This document shows, in pieces, positions 62,831-64,000 of a DNA stretch of 64,000 nt. Within the stretch, counting starts at the first letter, position 1, and every line of letters starts with the position of its first letter. The notes under the pieces were generated by a model. That model was not told where the DNA came from, did not search any database, and saw only the letters and a list, made by a program, of their open reading frames with translations. The stretch is taken from contig NC_086101.1 in the NCBI RefSeq assembly GCF_963921235.1, positions 16,120,001 to 16,184,000 of the forward strand. Reading direction: 5' to 3'. The DNA comes from Mobula hypostoma. Lineage: Eukaryota. A program made the translations under genes and the position numbers.

Positions 62831-64000
62831 CTGATTCAGACCCACAGGAACATTAAACACTGCAGAGAGTAGTGAATTCCACTCAGTCCATCGCAGGCAC
62901 AGCCCTCTCCTCCATCGGGAGTATCAACAGGAGGGGCTGCCTCTAGCAGGCATCTCTCATCAAAGGCCCCCATCACCCGAGCCATGCCATCTTCTCACAG
63001 CTACCATCAGGTGGCTCTGTCGTAGCCGGTTAACTAGACTCTGACAACTCACACTCGTTCCTCAATCACACTTTATTTGCTTGTGCACAAGGGTGATGGG
63101 GTGGAGATGAGTCTCTACCAACGGAGGTGCAAGGTGCTCCTTCCCTCTGCTCGCTGCAGGTCACCCCTTGGGCAAAGTGTAGTACCTGCTGTACAAGGTG
63201 GAGCCCTCAGATCAGGGTCACGTGAAGCCATGGGGAGCAGGTGCTGGATGGAATTAAGATCAGCTGGTGCATAATCACAAGTCCTGCTTATGCAACCACT
63301 GACGTCAGGCAGACAGTCTCTGAGGAGTATTGATAATGGCTGGGGTTACTCGTCTTGTAAATACACTGCTCAGAGGAAGGCAATGGCAAACCACTTCTGT
63401 AGAAAAATTTGCCAAGAACAGGCACGGTCATAGAAAGACCATAATCGCCTACGTACACGACACATAACGACTGAATGAACAAGGAAAAAGCATGGCCCCT
63501 GTCACCACACTGTTCTGAAGTCTAAACAGAGAAAATGCCATTTCCATACGGAATTGACTAGCAATTATAGATATTGACCATTTGGTAAACTGTGTATATT
63601 CACATCCCTTGCTTGCAAGATCTATCACCATTCACAACACAGGTGTTAAAAGCCAACAGAAACTACAAGTTGACAACCGATAACACTACTCTCAAGTTAG
63701 TAAAGTAATTGTCCTTTAGTGGTGTGTATTTGCATCTTTCCGTTTAATCCTTCTCAACTCTGTATATGGAATGGTTCCAGTACCCTGTTGTGAACAGGGA
63801 AGCTATGCTCTTCAAAGACCTTTCTTGTCTGTGCTGATTAAAATGCTAAAGACATAGAAGCAGAATTAGGCCATTTGGCCCATCGAGTCTGCCATTCTAT
63901 CAGGGGTGATTTATTATCCCTCTCAATCCCATTCTCCTGCCTTCCCCGCCCCCCCCTCCGATTACCTTTGACGTCCTTACTAAACAAGAACCTGTCAAAC

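Noticed and set aside
1-64000. CRISPR arrays, rRNA or tRNA genes, endogenous viral ORFs
   Set aside because: None supportable; tRNA-like boxes belong to SINEs, and all long ORFs are explained by LINEs or DDR1/NCR3-like exons.

Overview
Vertebrate genomic DNA, most likely a cartilaginous fish (ray-like; inferred from the repeat content, not verified). Most of the window is transposon-derived: CR1, Rex/L2-type LINEs, Penelope-like elements, hAT, Tc1/mariner and a solo LTR. Host genes, all on the minus strand: (1) eight 3' coding exons of DDR1 (juxtamembrane region to stop, 61810..47302), including the NPxY cassette exon typical of DDR1b; (2) two tandem NCR3/NKp30-like single germline VJ-type Ig genes. 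Copy A looks intact (leader 25450-25492, V 23646-23984, short terminal exon 14796-14842). Copy B has its V exon split by a LINE insertion. No transmembrane exon was found for either copy, which suggests soluble NKp30-like proteins. A full-length CR1 with intact ORF1 and ORF2 lies in an intron of copy A. Its ORF2 has no usable AUG and overlaps ORF1 in the -1 frame at a U_UUA_AAC slippery heptamer that is conserved in four CR1 copies in this window, a candidate programmed -1 frameshift. Penelope ends carry minimal hammerhead ribozyme motifs. All calls are by eye; no database searches were run.
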